From Geosiphon pyriformis uo1 (taxonomy: Eukaryota > Fungi > Glomeromycota): DNA of 64,000 bases. Positions within the stretch are counted from its first letter, which is position 1. Every line of letters starts with the position of its first letter. This document shows positions 23,901 through 39,000 of the stretch, piece after piece. The stretch lies in contig JAAOMT010000200.1 of the NCBI GenBank assembly GCA_016748015.1, positions 680,984 to 744,983 on the forward strand, in the 5' to 3' direction. The translations under genes and the position numbers were made by a program. The notes under the pieces are model-generated. The model ran no database searches. It had not been told where the DNA came from and saw nothing but the letters and a program-made list of their open reading frames with translations.

Positions 23901-26569
23901 CCCCCATGATGCTGAGATGATTTTCAACCTAGCAATGGCATTAGTTAATGGAGCTACCAAAAGAAGATGTCTATCAAATGAAGGAAGCAGAATATATTGA
24001 ATACACTATAGAATTAGTTGAATTCAATTATAAAGATGAAGTAGAAGTCTACTACCAAATTACAAGTCACACCTACCCAATCCAAGAAGTTCAAATTCAA
24101 TGATTGGAGCAAATAAACATTAGGCTATGTAAAGAATGCATTATGCCTTGTAATGAACAGTGGTGTCCTGAATGCTATGCTCTTAGCATTCCTCTGCCCA
24201 GTGAAAACAATAAAAATAAAATTGAATTTGGAAAACCTAAAGCAATAGAAGAAATTGAAACAACACCCATTTATTTCATTGAAAATCAGCCTGCCTTACA
24301 ACTTAAATACTTCAACAACAATGGACAAGGAATAAAACCCAAAAAAGCACATGAAATTGATATTGAATATAACCTAAGATATCCAGACAAGGATACTCTT
24401 GTTCTCAAATCCAAATCTCTCACAAAAATCAACCTCAAAATTGCCCTCGAAATCCCAACAGGAGCAATGGTTCAAATCACCTTCCGGTCTTCTCTGACAA
24501 GCAAAAAAATCAATGTTAAAGAAGGAATAATTGATGCTAGATATACTGGTGACATAACAGTAATACTCCAAAATGAAACTGATAAATCTTTTAAGATCAA
24601 ATATGCTGAAAAAATTGTCCAAGCTATTTACCTACTCCTAATCAACATTTCAGGTTTGCAACTAGTCAATCAAAGAGAACAATTAGGAAAAAGTGATTGA
24701 AGAATCCAAGGTTTTGGTTTAACTGGATGATTCACAGTTCCAGTAAACATAGCTCTTAACGAACAAAATGAATCTTACCAGATTCTACGACTTCTACAAC
24801 CAATTACTATTTTACCCTTTGGAGAATACCCTGAAATTTACACTTGTGAAAAGCCAATGACTACACAACAAATTTTTGAGTCTAATGAACGAATCTGCTT
24901 GGAACATAATATCTTGATCCCAAATATTTACATCCCAGAAGGAACAAAGAAAGTCTGAGTTACTTTTTACAACCCCAATAATTACCCCATAGTTTTATTA
25001 AACAACTTAGAAATTGGAATTATTCACAATAATATCTTTTAACAAGAATTACCCCAAACAGTCCCCAATTTCTCTGAAATCATTGAACATTCACTACCAA
25101 AAATCAACCCAAATCCCAGTTCTGAAAACTACCATGTTGTTATAGAAAAACTATCTCGAATCAACATGGGACAACTTGAATCACAACAACAGAACCAGCT
25201 CAAAGAGCTAATTGCAGAATTTGCTGATATCTTTGCTAAAAACAACAAAGACTTAGGAAAAACCGATTTGGTTCAACACCAAATTTATACAGAAGATGTC
25301 AAACCAAGACAACAACAAACCTACCGAGTTGCTTCAGAAAATCACCAATTTATCTAAGAAGAAATACAACGGATGCTTAAAAATAAGCTTATTCAACCAT
25401 CAATGAGTCTATGGGCCTTATCTGTGGTCTTAGTTAAAAAGAAAAATGGAAAGATATGATTTTGTGTTGATTATCGACAACTCAACAGTATCACTATTGG
25501 AGATGCCTACCCTCTTTCCCGAATCAATGACATGTTAGATGCTCTTGAAAAATCCAAATACTTTTCAACATTAGATCTAGAAAGCAGATACTGGCAAGTT
25601 GCCATGAATCCCAAAGATTGTCCCAAAACAGCCTTCACAACCCAAGGAAGAAATTACAAATTCAATGTAATGCCTTTCAGATTATGCAATACACCAGCAA
25701 CATTTCAGAGATTAATGGATGTTGTGTACAAAAGACTCTTTTGGAAGTCAGTAGTCATTTATCTTGATGATATTGATGTTTATTCTTTATTATTCAAATT
25801 ACACTTAAAACACCTGTAAGAAGTTTTTCAACAATTACAAAAAGCAGGACTGAAACTCAACATCAAAAAATGCTACTTTGAAAAAACAAGCTTGGCTTTC
25901 TTTAGTTATATTATTAGTAAAGATGGAATTAAACCAGACCCTGGAAAAATCAGCATTGTCAAAAACTTCAAAACTCTTTGAAACACTACAGAACTAAGAG
26001 AATTCATAGAGTTAGCCTCCTACTATCGAAAATTTATCAAAGGATTCTCAGAAATTACAAAACCTCTCAACCAGCTTACTACCAAAAATGTCAAATACAA
26101 ATGGACTGCTAAACACCAAAACGCATTTGAAATCCTCAAAGAAAAACTAACAACAGCTTCAATTCTTGCCTACCCAGATTTCAGCAACCAATTCCGATTA
26201 GCAACAAATGCCTCTTATACTGTCTTTGGCACTATCTTATTACAATTAGATGACAACAGAAATGAGCGAGTAATCACTTATGCTAGCAGAACATTAAAAC
26301 CAGCTGAGAAAAATTACCCTGCCACAGAACTAAAAATAGCAGCCGTAATTTGGGCCCTACACCACTTCAATCTTTATCTCAGATCTAAAGAACTTGATAT
26401 TATCACTGATAATATTGGACTCAAATGGTTACAAAACAAAAACACCCAATTCAATGCAAAACAAACTCAATGGATAGGATTTCTAGCAAACTATCGATAT
26501 ATAGTACACTACAAACCATGAAAACTCCACATCAATGTTGACTGTCTTTCAAGAATGAGGCAAAATTAG
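20941..26569 (+). pseudogene. Element E gag-pol (GTG-started extension, ATG 21673 capsid, zinc knuckle, PR, Cys-rich domain, dUTPase about 24300-24730, RT, RNase H)
   Basis: MTAYITKIPEF; CYYYGIPGHWKRDC; LILNSGS; GIIDARYTGDI; YLDD; DCLSRMRQN then TAG 26567-26569; one frameshift near 23960. Confidence 0.93.
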
Positions 26570-26617
26570 AAAAATAAACCAACACTCAATCCAAACAACA
26601 GAAACAGCCACCAAACA

Positions 26618-28003
26618 ATGAATTCTAAAAACTACAACAATATCAAACAATATTTAGAGACTTTAACAATTCCAACAGATTGGTCTCTAGAGGAAAAACA
26701 TCAATTACAACAACAAGCCAAACAATATTTTCTACACAACAATATCATTTATTATTGAAACTTCTGAAATCCAGACAAACCACTCAGATTAATACAAGAA
26801 CGTAAAAAGAAAACTATCTTATACAACATGTACTCGAACCTTTCATCAGCACATTTAGGAAAAGATAGCATCATCCAAAGAACATTAGAACACTATTTTT
26901 GGCCTCGAATGAGAAAAAATATTCATGAATATGTTGAATCTTGTAATAGTTGTCAAAGAAGAAGAGAAACTTGCCCTACAAAACTTTTAAATCTAATCAA
27001 AGTTGAACAATTCTTTGACTGAGTTGGTATTGATTTAGTCGGACCATTACTTATCACAAATCAAGGAAACTGTTACGTCACAGTAGCTGTAGACTATCTC
27101 ACTAAATGGCCTGAAGCCAGAGCCATTTAATAAACAGATGCAAAATCAGTAGCAAATTTTATTTACGAAGACATTATCTGTAGACATGGTTGTCTAATCA
27201 AACTTTTGTCTGACCAAGGAACACATTTTGTGAACAATCTAATCCAAAAAATTTGTGAACAATTCAATATCAAAAGACCTTTGTCTTCACCCTACCATCT
27301 ACAAACAAATGGACTTGTAGAACGTTTCAATAGAACACTATGTGAATTATTAGCCAAAGTCTCAACCAATTTTGAACAGAAATGAGATATCTTTATTCCA
27401 TCAGTGTTACTAGCATATAGAACACTAAAACAAGATACCACAAAACACACACCATTTGATTTAACCTATGAAAGGACAGCAATGTTACCAATTAATTTCA
27501 CCATAGAACCATATCCAATACAACCAATTAACAAAAAAAACTTTCAGAAAACACTCTAATGAAGAACCTACACTCTTCTCAGCACATTGAAAAGAAAATG
27601 ACAAATAGCAGCCACCCATATCAAACACTTCCAAGCTCAACAAAAAGAATGGCATAACAACAAATTGCCACCAGTTACCAATAAATTTAAAATTAGAAAC
27701 AAAGTTCTCTTATACAGAACTAAAGCTGAAAAACAATAGAGTAGAAAATTTGAAAATAAATGAGACAGACCATTCTTTATCCATGAAATTCTAGGCAACA
27801 GATCATACAAGTTAAGATTTAATAACAAAATCCTAGCAAAAGTTGCACATGGAGATCATCTAAAACACTATCATTCTAGAAACAATCCTGAACCATTAAT
27901 TCCACAAATTGGTACACATTCCCTTTTAATTAAGCCCAAAAATATTTTCTGAAATTTAGAACCAATAGTTGTTATTAAACAACCTCCCAACTTGAACACT
28001 TAA
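26618..28003 (+). pseudogene. Element E integrase, own ATG
   Basis: MNSKNY start; AHLG..YFWP..CNSC; GIDLVGP, LSDQG, NGLVERFN; ends NLEPIVVIK. Confidence 0.92.
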
Positions 28004-28152
28004 TTTAAATTTACTATAGTTATTCGCTTATAAATTAAAAATAATTTTACAAAACAAAACAAACAAAACACACTGAAAGACAAAAATAACATAAAAAACC
28101 CACATACCAAAAATAATTTCAATCTATTTTTCTCTCACTTAAAATTTTTATA

Positions 28153-28872
28153 ATGACTATCCCTCAAAACATTCAACAATTATCTCAGAAACTAATGTCA
28201 GCTTTAAAGACAATACCCAAATTATCTATCATTATTACAGAAAAACATATTAATTATACCCAAACAGAAATAGTTGCCAATTTAGCCCCAAATTCACGAA
28301 ATTATTACCTCTACAAAAAGAACACAAAAAGTTATTTTGGAATTCACCTGCCAGAACTTTTAAAGCTTGCTTTAAGAGAAAACCTAATGCTTACTTTGAT
28401 TAGTATTCCACCGAATACTACTATTCAACAAAAACTTCAACTGTGTCTTAATGAAGAAAACTATGACTATACTCCAATATATAGATATTTCTACATTGAA
28501 AAAACACTTTATGAACGAAAATGAAAGCTTACAGCAGCAAACCTCACAAAAGAAGCTATTCAAAAACAACTCCACAACGAATTTAAAACAACAACTGGAC
28601 CTACAAACAGTTGCTATAAACTAAGAGCTGCTCTTAGACTTTATGACCTATTTCACATCTGTAAAAACATCCTACAAAACCCAATTTTACAATCTTTGAA
28701 AATTCAATATATTAGAAAGCCCACAGAACTGAAATTTCAACAATTTTTAGACCAAATTTCTTCAATAATTTTGGATTACTATCTGGAAATTACAGACAGT
28801 ACTTGGACTTCAACGGAGCTCAGTCTTGAGAAGGAGGTTATGTTATTAGACAAAATTAGAGATATTATTTAA
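28153..28872 (+). pseudogene. Element E ORF3 (240 codons, reads through the PPT into the 3' LTR)
   Basis: ORF 28153-28524 continues past one CGA/AAA-type mutational TGA; homologous to A/G ORF3. Confidence 0.82.
28828..28837 (+). other. Polypurine tract of element E
   Basis: GAGAAGGAGG, 3 nt before the LTR TG. Confidence 0.85.
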
Positions 28873-29826
28873 CATGAAATTATCTTTATAATTCCTATCA
28901 TTAATTAACATATATTATCGTTTCAAATTATCACTTATTATATTAGCAAAATGTCCGAAATTATCATTTAATTAATAACCTAATTTGTACATAACATAAA
29001 TGTAACCTAATTGCGATGATTAATCATGCAATACCCCGAACTATGTAACATTTAAAAAGTTCACTGAAATTTGTAGAAATTCGCCGAAATAATTGATAAT
29101 TCACCGAAATATCTAATAGTTTGCAGAAATAACTTGTAGTTCACCAAAATGTATCTCTAGTTCAGCAAAATTGTAGAAAATAGCAAAGTTCAAGTTTATA
29201 GAATAGTGTTACAACAAATTGTATAAAAGAAGAGCTTCTCTTTTCAAGAAAATGTATTTTATTTCAGATTTAACAATTAGAATCATTCTTTACACACAAA
29301 AACAAAATAAATATTAAATAAATTTGAAAAACCAAATTCTTAATTATTTTTCTTGAAATTAACCAATTCCTACTAACAGTTTGAAATTGATTAGCTACCA
29401 GTTTCAGTAGACTGTTAAAGCACTTCCAGGCCTGGATCTGAAACAACTTCCATAAATCATCAGTTTTACTTTTCTTTTACATTTCTTTTATTCTCTTTCT
29501 TTTCTTATTATAAATCATTTGGATAGCCTACAGACGAGAATTTCTATAGAAGAGTTGACTTTTACAGCAAAGTAACTACACAATTTTAGTGAGCTTCCAA
29601 ACAAGCAATTCCTGGAAAAGAGTTGACATTTACTACAACATAACTATACCAAGTAACTAGCACGAAATTGGCCATTCTACTTATAAGCCCAGCAGTTCAA
29701 ATTATAGAAGATAATTTGAAGATAAAATTCAGTTATCGAAGATTCAAACACTTCCCATAGTTGTGAATTAACAGCATTACAACAAACATACAAGAGCTAA
29801 GAAGAGACCAAAAACCTCTAGTAACA
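28841..29826 (+). repeat. 3' LTR of element E
   Basis: Same length as and collinear with the 5' LTR. Confidence 0.95.
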
Positions 29827-29830
29827 CTAG

Positions 29831-32584
29831 TGGAGATAATTTCTCCCTTGTCAGCAATTTCTTCTTCAGCCATATTGACTGGCACATCTATTCTACCTGT
29901 GGATCCAAATTCTTGTATTCCTCTTGCTGTTATTTCCAATTCCTCTTTTGTTCTTATTTCCACTAAGCTGGCTACTTTAACTAATGGCAGGAATATGGTC
30001 TGTGCTATCTTTTCATTTGGCTCAATTGTATAGACCTTTTCTGAGTCATTTTGTAGCATGGCACTAATATTTCTTGTATATTCTGCATCCACTATTCCTC
30101 CTCTAATGTTAATCCCTTTTTTTGCTAAACTACTTCTCAATACTAACAGAACCATGATTGTTGCTGGAATCTCTAAAGCTATTTTCAGATCAATACATAC
30201 TCGTGCATTTGGCTCCAATTTGATAGCATTTTTTCCTGGATATCTCAGATCAAACCCTGTATCAGTATCATGCACTTGTTCTGGCATGATACCTTCATCA
30301 TTATCACTAAACTATTTAAGTTTTTGGTCTTTGGTGAGGTCAAAGAGTGCAATATATTGTTCAGGATCTGAATTGGAGTTTGAATCTGAGTTTATACCGT
30401 TGTCATTGTCATTGCCATCTTGACCAGAGCTTGAACCATTGTTATTGTCATTGTCATCAGAGTTTGAAGCGTGATTGATCAGTAATTCTGATTCTAATAT
30501 GCAGCTGCTGATTGGTTTTTCTTCCTCTGGAATCGTGTAGATTATGCATGATGGTGGATTGTAGATAAAGTCACACTCATTACAATACTAGAAGTCACAT
30601 GGGATCAAACAGTGGTCACATAGTTGGGTGTTTATCTCTTCCAAGCATTGCTTTTGTTCCTCTCTTGTGGGTGCTAATTGTTGGTAGTGCTTATGGAATT
30701 CCTTTGGATTGTCTTTGATGTTGCCAAAGGCATCAAAGGTTTGGACATATTTGGGCTCAGGTAGAGATAGTAGATTGTTTTTAATTTCTCTCAGCTCCTC
30801 TGTTGTAGTGCCTTCTAACATAGCATATGCCATTCTTCAGATTTTATCTTTGTCGTGTGAGCATCCTTCCAGGTGTTTTAATGCTTGTTTCCAGGTGTTG
30901 TTGATGGGAGTTCCCTTTTGTATCCAGTCATTGATCAGGATTGTGTATTGGCATGTCTCGTCACATGCTTCTCCTCTTCCGGAAATGTCTTTCCATATCC
31001 CTTCATCTAAGAGAGTATCTCCACAAGCTAAACACAAAGTACTGTCTCATTTTTCTATTTTTGGCAGCTGTCTATCACGTTTAAGGACACATGGGCAACA
31101 GTAGTACTTGGTTGCTGTCGTCTATTCTTTGTTTTTACTACAGCATGTGCTTATTGTTGACAGTTTCTTATCACAACTGATGCATACTAGTTTGGGTTGA
31201 CGATATCTTGGTTGCTGCAGCATAGAGTATGGAGTATAAGCTGAATTGGTGCTTGGTGGTTGGTCGTCTTCCTTTTCTTTCCCTTTTCTCTTCTCTTCTC
31301 AAGTCCACTCAGTGGTTGGTTTGCTTAAGTTGTTTTCACTCCATGCTCTTAGGTTTGGCTTCCAGGTAAGTTTTTCTTCTTTCTTCTTTCCTTTGTCATC
31401 TCATGATAGTATAGGTGGTAGTTCATTGTGATCAGCATTGGCCCAGAAGACTTGGTAAGCTTCCCAAGTAGGTTTCTTTTTCTCCTCCTCCAGTTCGATC
31501 AATAGCTTCTCTCTTAGAAGAGTCTTGAAGTGGCCACATGTGGCCAGTACATGTATGTGTTGGCTCTGATATGTTAGCTGGAGTTCCTGGATGTTCTAGT
31601 CTAACATTATGTTGACTTTGAATAGCCAATTATTACCAACAAGAGCTTGGTATTGAGTGGCTTCCATCACTAAAACTTTAATGGGAGTCACAATGTCATT
31701 GACTTTGAAAGAGAAGTCATTGATTTCACCAATTGGAGTTTTGGTTGCTCCATCAGCTGTGATAATTCTGGCACTGACAGTTTGATCAACTCAGTGACCT
31801 AATTGGTCCATGAGTTGTCATGAGATAATGCTGCCTGCTGAACCACTGTCAAGAATTAATTTGATAGATTGTCCCTTGACTTTGGCATTAATGTACATTG
31901 CGGTGATCAGTTTGGCTTCAAGAGTGTCTCCACTAAATAACAGTGTTGCAGTTGTTTCCTTAAATTCGAATGGGAAGATAGCAGCCAAGAACTCGTCTTT
32001 AGTGATGGTAGCAGGTGAGATATTACTGGTGAGTGGTTGTTTTTGGGCGAATTCCAGGTTATTGGCTGAAGTGTCTTCTGGGGTGATCAGGAGACTTAAA
32101 TAGTTCTGGAAATTTGGGTTCTGGGGTTGACCGGTACCTAAATTCCACTGGTGTAATCCAGATGGTTGCTGTAAAGAACTGGGGATCAGTTGATGAACCA
32201 CTATCATTGACCTCCAGCTCTGTTAAGTCATTCTCGGTCTTTGTGTTCCGTTGAATAATAAGTTTTGGGGTGGTATTTGAATTTGTTAGGGTTGATATAT
32301 TATTTGTGACTGCAGTTGATAAATTGGAGCTGTTGGTTGATAAATTAGGGCTTGATATACTAGTGGTTGATAAATTGATTGCTGTGTCATTGGTGTATAA
32401 TAAGATAAGTATTGGTATTGTTCTTGATTTTGCTGGAAACTCGGAACTGGGAACTGGCGATCAGGATTTCAATATTGATTTCCTGATTATTGGTTATTTA
32501 AATGCTGGCGGCAATCAACTTGTATGTGTCCTTGTCTACCACAATAGTGGCAAACATGCATTTCTTATTGCCACTGTTGATTGG
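29831..32584 (-). pseudogene. Element C middle part: zinc knuckle, protease, Cys-rich domain, D/N/S-rich linker, dUTPase
   Basis: CHYCGRQGHIQVDC; LILDSGSAG; CLACGD..CDETC; LCDHCLIPC. Confidence 0.9.
29895..30330 (-). pseudogene. dut: dUTPase domain of element C
   Basis: TGFDLRYP, RSSLAKKG, GGIVDAEYT, KIAQ, RGIQEFGSTG. Confidence 0.92.
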
Positions 32585-32588
32585 CCGA

Positions 32589-33795
<1,207 letters not shown>

Positions 33796-33809
33796 TTATC
33801 CCTCTCTTT

Positions 33810-34544
33810 TTAAAATTGAGCTCCTGCGAAACTGTATGTATCTGTTATCATGGCTTTGTTTGTGTAATGTTCGATTGTTGTCTCAAGTATTGTCTTTTGT
33901 AGGTCTTTGAACTGTTAATTGGTTATTTGTCCTATGCTGTTAACCATTATGGTTTTTATAGATCCATTCAGTAGTACGTTTGGGCAATGTTGGAAGGTGG
34001 CATATAGTTGGTATGCTGCTTTGTAATGTAGGGTCAGGTTGTTTTTCCCTACAAATTTTTCTACTTGTTGTATTGCTTCTTTGTTGAACGTTTTCTGGCT
34101 GAGGTCTTCGTATGGTGTTTTCAAGTCAAGCTGTTCTCCAATTTTGTAGAACCAATAAGCTAGAGGAAGTCTTTCTTTCCATTCCTGGGCATTGTCAGGT
34201 GTCCACTCCCCTGTTTTAGGGAGTTCGGTCTCATGAGCTAAAGCTTCTTTTATTTTTTCGAACTCGAGGACCAAGTATCTTCTTTTGTAACTTTTTTCTC
34301 GTTCTTTGCCTCCTTCTTTTCCATCTTTCGCCCAAAGGCAATTTTTTCTTCCACATTGCCTTTCGGGTGGTGGGTAGGGGAGGGAATGTTTAGTTTTAAT
34401 TAAACTTTTGTCTTTCCTTCTCTTGCTTTTATCTTTGTACTATATCTTTTTTTTATCAACTGTTATTTCTATTTGAGATGTCAATTTTTGAATTGTTTCA
34501 AATAATTGTTTAGATAATTTTAAAATTTGATCTGAAAGGTCTAT
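33810..34544 (-). pseudogene. Element D ORF3 (245 codons)
   Basis: ATA(ATG)-DLSDQILKLSKQLF is in frame with ORF 33915-34274; ends SFAGAQF stop at the PPT. Confidence 0.82.
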
Positions 34545-34624
34545 GTTGAAATTTCTATCATTTCTTGCTGCTTTTCAGATGCTATATATATTTGAATTCT
34601 CCAATTTAATTTGCTGCCCATTGT

Positions 34625-35992
34625 CTATGTTTTGATGATAATGATTGGTTCCAGATCTCGTAGTATATCTTCTGGTCTGATTAATAAAATTTGTGTTCCT
34701 AGTTGAGGTACTGATAACAATGATTTCTGTTTTATATGATAAATTTTTAACTGATTTCCATGCGCTACTTTTTTTAAAATCCTGTCTTCCAATCGTAATT
34801 TGTAAGCTCTATTTTCTAACGCTTCGTGTATGTGAAATGAACTGTCCCACTTTGGGTTGAACTTTTCACTTCACTGTTTCTCAGCTTTTGTATGATGTAA
34901 CAGTACTTGGTCTCCAATCTTTAATTCCATTAGTTGTTCTGGCAGGTGTTTATCATGTCTTTCTTTTTGTCGTTCTTGAGCATGACTAATATTGTCAGCT
35001 GCTGTTCTTCGATTGTTTTCTAATGTTTCTATTAGCTGGTACATTCTTTGGTGTAAGGTAGTCTCAAAATTCTCTTCATTGATTGTTTCTGTTGGGTATG
35101 ACAGTATCACTTGTTCAATCGGTAACGTAGCTTTTCTTCCATAGACTAGTTTGAACGGTGTGAACTGAGTCGTATTTTGTTTCAATGTTCGGTATGCAAA
35201 GAGTACAGAAGGTATGAATAAGTCCTATTCTTGTCTGTTTTTATGACTTATTTTTGCTAGTGCTTTGCACAGTATTCTGTTAAACTGTTCTACCAGTTTG
35301 TTTGTTTGTGGGTGATATGATGATGATAAGGATCTCTTTATTTCAAACCATTGGCTTAGTTCAGTCAGCATATTATTAATGAAGTGTGTTCTCTGATCAG
35401 ATAATAATTCTTTCGGACATTTATGTCGGCAAATTAGGTCTTGATGCACAAATTCGGTGACTGTTTTGGCATCGGCCACTTGGATTGCTCTGGCTTCTGG
35501 CCATTTTGTAAGATAGTCTATGGCTACAGCGATATAGCAATTTCTTTGAAATGTAATTGAAAGAGGTCCAACCAAATCAATCCCGATTCTATCAAATGGA
35601 TTTCCAACTGGAATGGGTTGAAGTGGTTCTGTTGATCTTGTTCCTCCTCTTCACTGGCATGCGTCACAATTGAGCACGTATTCGAAAATGTCTTTGTGCA
35701 TCATTGGCCAATAGTATAAGTTTAGTGTTTTTTTGAGAGTAGTGTCTTTGTTAAAGTGTTCTGCAGTCGGATCTGAGTGCACGCTATATAGTATAGTTTC
35801 TCTTTCACTGTCCATGATTAGTCGTTATGAGTTGGGGTGGTTTCAGCATTCTTATTAATATAGTTGGTTGTCTTGAATAAAATAATTTCAGGCTTGTTTT
35901 TGTATGGTATTTTGTTCCTGTTGAGATAATATCTCCTTGAAACGTAGTGTCGATAGGTACTGATGTAGTTGTTGATAAGTGAGTGTGTCCAT
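34625..35992 (-). pseudogene. Element D integrase, separate cistron 10 nt after the Pol stop, different frame
   Basis: MDTLTYQQL; HFNKD, YYWP, CDAC; GIDLVGP, LSDQ; ends DLEPIIIIK. Confidence 0.92.
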
Positions 35993-36002
35993 AAGTCTGG
36001 GA

Positions 36003-39000
36003 TTAGGTTTGTGGCATCCTCGACAAACTGTCGGCATTGGTGTTCTTGAATTCTTCCTTGTAATGGACTTTGAGTGGGAATTGTTGTAGATAAGTACTCC
36101 ATCTTGCATATTTTTTTTCTAGTTGTGGATTGTTGAGTAACCAAATAAGTCCTTTGTGGTCGGTATATAGGTCAAATGGTTGACTGAGGTAATGTTTCCA
36201 AGTCTGTATGGCCCAATAAATGGCGAGACATTTCAGATCTGTTGTGCTGTAATTTTTTTCTGCTGGGCTAGTGCTGCGACTAGCATAGGCAACTGGGTGT
36301 TCTCTATTGTCTGGTCCTATCTGTGATAAGACTGCTTCTAAAGCATTTTTCGAGGCATCTGTAGCAACAATAAACCGTTTAGTGAAATCTGGGTAAATCA
36401 GGATTGGGGATGTGATCAATCGCTGCTTGAGATAGTCAAATGCTTTTTGTTGATCTTCCTTTCACAAGTACAGTACATATTTGGACAACAATTGATGGAA
36501 TGGTTTTGTGATGTTCAAGAAATCTTTAACAAATTAACGATAATATCTTGCTAATCCTAGAAATCTTCGTAATTCTCTGAGGTTAATTGGAGCTGGAAAA
36601 TCCTTGACTTTTTGTACTTTATCTGGATTGGATTTAACTCTATCCTTGCCAATTACATGTCCTAGAAATTTTAACTCAGTTTTTCTAAAGAAGCACTTCT
36701 TAGAATTGAGTTTCAATCTGGCACTATAAAGGCATTTGTTGCAGGTAGAGCAGATGGTCTTCAAATGTTTCGGAGAACACGTTTGTGTTGTCTAGGTAAA
36801 CTACTACTGATTTCCAAAGGATTTCTTTGTATACTACATCTATCAGGCATTGAAATGTGGCAGGAGCATTACAAAGTCTAAAAGGCATTATGTTAAACTC
36901 GAAGTTTCCGTCTCGAGTGGTAAACGCTGTTTTTCTTTTGTCTTTGGGGTCCATTTCAACTTGCCAGTAACTACTTGCTAAATCTAATGATGAGAACCAT
37001 TTCTTTTTTCCTAGATTGTCCAGAATTTCTTGGATGAGGGGAGTGGGATAACTATCTTCTCGTATGACGCTATTTAGTTTTTGATAATCTACGCAAAATC
37101 GCACTTTTCTGTTTTTCTTGGTGACCAAGACTACTGGCAAGGACCAAGGGCTTAACAATTCTTTGATTAGGTCGTTATTAAGCATCCGTTGCACTTCTTG
37201 CTTAATTAGGTTATCGCCAGATAGGAGTACGCAGTAAGCTCATTGCTTAATTGGTCAAGCGTCTTCTGTATTAATCTGATGCTTCACAATGTCGGTGTGT
37301 CCAAACTCATTTTTGCTGGCAAAGCATACTGATTCAGAAAGACTTTGAGTTGTATTTGTTGCAGGGTACTTAAATTTCCTAAATTCAATTTATTGATCTC
37401 TTCTGGTGTGAACAAGTAACTTTCTTTTGGCAAATTCCATACTTGTGAAGTAATGTCACAGAATAAGAATAATTGTGCAAAATCTGGAATGGACTGGGGT
37501 TTTTCAGGATTCTGACTATCTGCGGATATGAAACTGACAAGAGTTCTTTCAGGGATTTCAATGACATCTTCTGTTGGGTTGTGGATGGGGATTTTGAAGT
37601 GTTTATGGGCTTTGGCTGGTAGGTATAGATTAGCAACATTGGCTAGGGAACAGATTTTGGGACTGGCTTTGAATAATAGGGCTTGATCTTGGATCTTTCG
37701 ATTCACTTTAAGAATGTATTGTCAGTATGGGAAAATGGAGATGACGGTGTTGATGTGGATAAATTCTACCTGGTTACTGTCTTCCTTCATAAAATTAACT
37801 GGTATGTTTCCTCTTTCACTTGATCCAAACTCGTTGATTCCTTAGGCAGTGAGGCCTAACTCTTCTTGGGTTGTTACCGGGGTTAATTGGAGTATTTTGA
37901 CTAGGAGTAGAAAGATAGCTTGGGCAATCTTTTCTTGTGATTCTATTTTGTAGGGTCTGTTCAAATTGTTCTGTAGCATTATAATGATGTTTTCTGTGTA
38001 ACTGGCATTAATGATTTCTCTTTTTATGTCGATTCCTTTCTTGGCTAGACTAGATTGAGAGGCAACTTGTACCATTGTACTAACAGGAATTTCTAACATT
38101 ATCTTAAGATCTATTTTTATGAGGGAATGTGGGGCTATAATGATGGGTGATTGTCCGGAGTATTGTAGGTCGAAACTGGCATCAGTGTTATGCGCTCTTT
38201 CGGGGCAGATTCTTTCCTCGTTGTTACTGTACCATTTTAGCTCTAGTTCTTTGGATAGGTTGGAATATACAAGATACTGTTCTGTTTCAGTATTCTCAGT
38301 TGGATTTTGAAATGACATGTCCTCGGTGATCAATACCTCTTTTTCGGGTTCAGGTAGTTTGGTGATTGGAAACAGTATTTTTGAAGGCGAATTGAACATG
38401 AGATTACATTCATCACAGTACTGGAAGTAACAGGGGATCAAACAGTGATCACATAGTTTGGTATTCAAATTGGCCAATCTTTGCTCCTGTTCCTCGCAAG
38501 TTGGGGCCAATTTCTGATATCAGTTCTGAAATGCATCTGGGTCATCTGTGAAGAAATCATCCTCGGGGTAGTCAGGTCCAGTATATTCGGGTGTTCAAGG
38601 GTTGTTCTTAATTTCTCATATTTCTTTGGGTGTGGTGCCTTCGGCCTTGGCGCTTGCTATTCTCCAGATTTTGTGGTCATTGTGTGGATAACTGTCTAGC
38701 CTATTGAATGCTTGTTTCCAAGCATTCTTGATGGGGGTTCCCTTTCATACCCAATTGTTAATTAATATGGTGTATTGACAAGCCTTGTTGCATGTTCCTC
38801 CTCTGCCAGGCACATCATTCCAGAGTCCTTCATCTGGCAGGATTTTGCCACATGTGAGGCACTGCATGTGGTCCCACTTGCCTTGTCATTTTGGTCGTCC
38901 AAATCTTTTCAGTAAACAAGGCCTGCAATAGTATTTGGTAGTAGTGGGCCATTCTTTGTTGTTCCCGATACATGCACCCATAGTGGATAGTTTTTTTCCA

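Larger units (their letters stand above)
19910..29826 (+). mobile_element. Ty3/Gypsy LTR retrotransposon E (full-length, dUTPase-bearing, sister subfamily of A/G), nested in C just downstream of the C dUTPase
   Basis: LTRs 19910-20895 and 28841-29826 (both 986 bp); TSD CCAG (19906-19909) / CTAG (29827-29830); PBS and PPT present. Confidence 0.96.

Noticed and set aside
23950-23970. Programmed frameshift in element E
   Set aside because: An extra A in a short run; A is in one frame at the homologous site, so this is decay.
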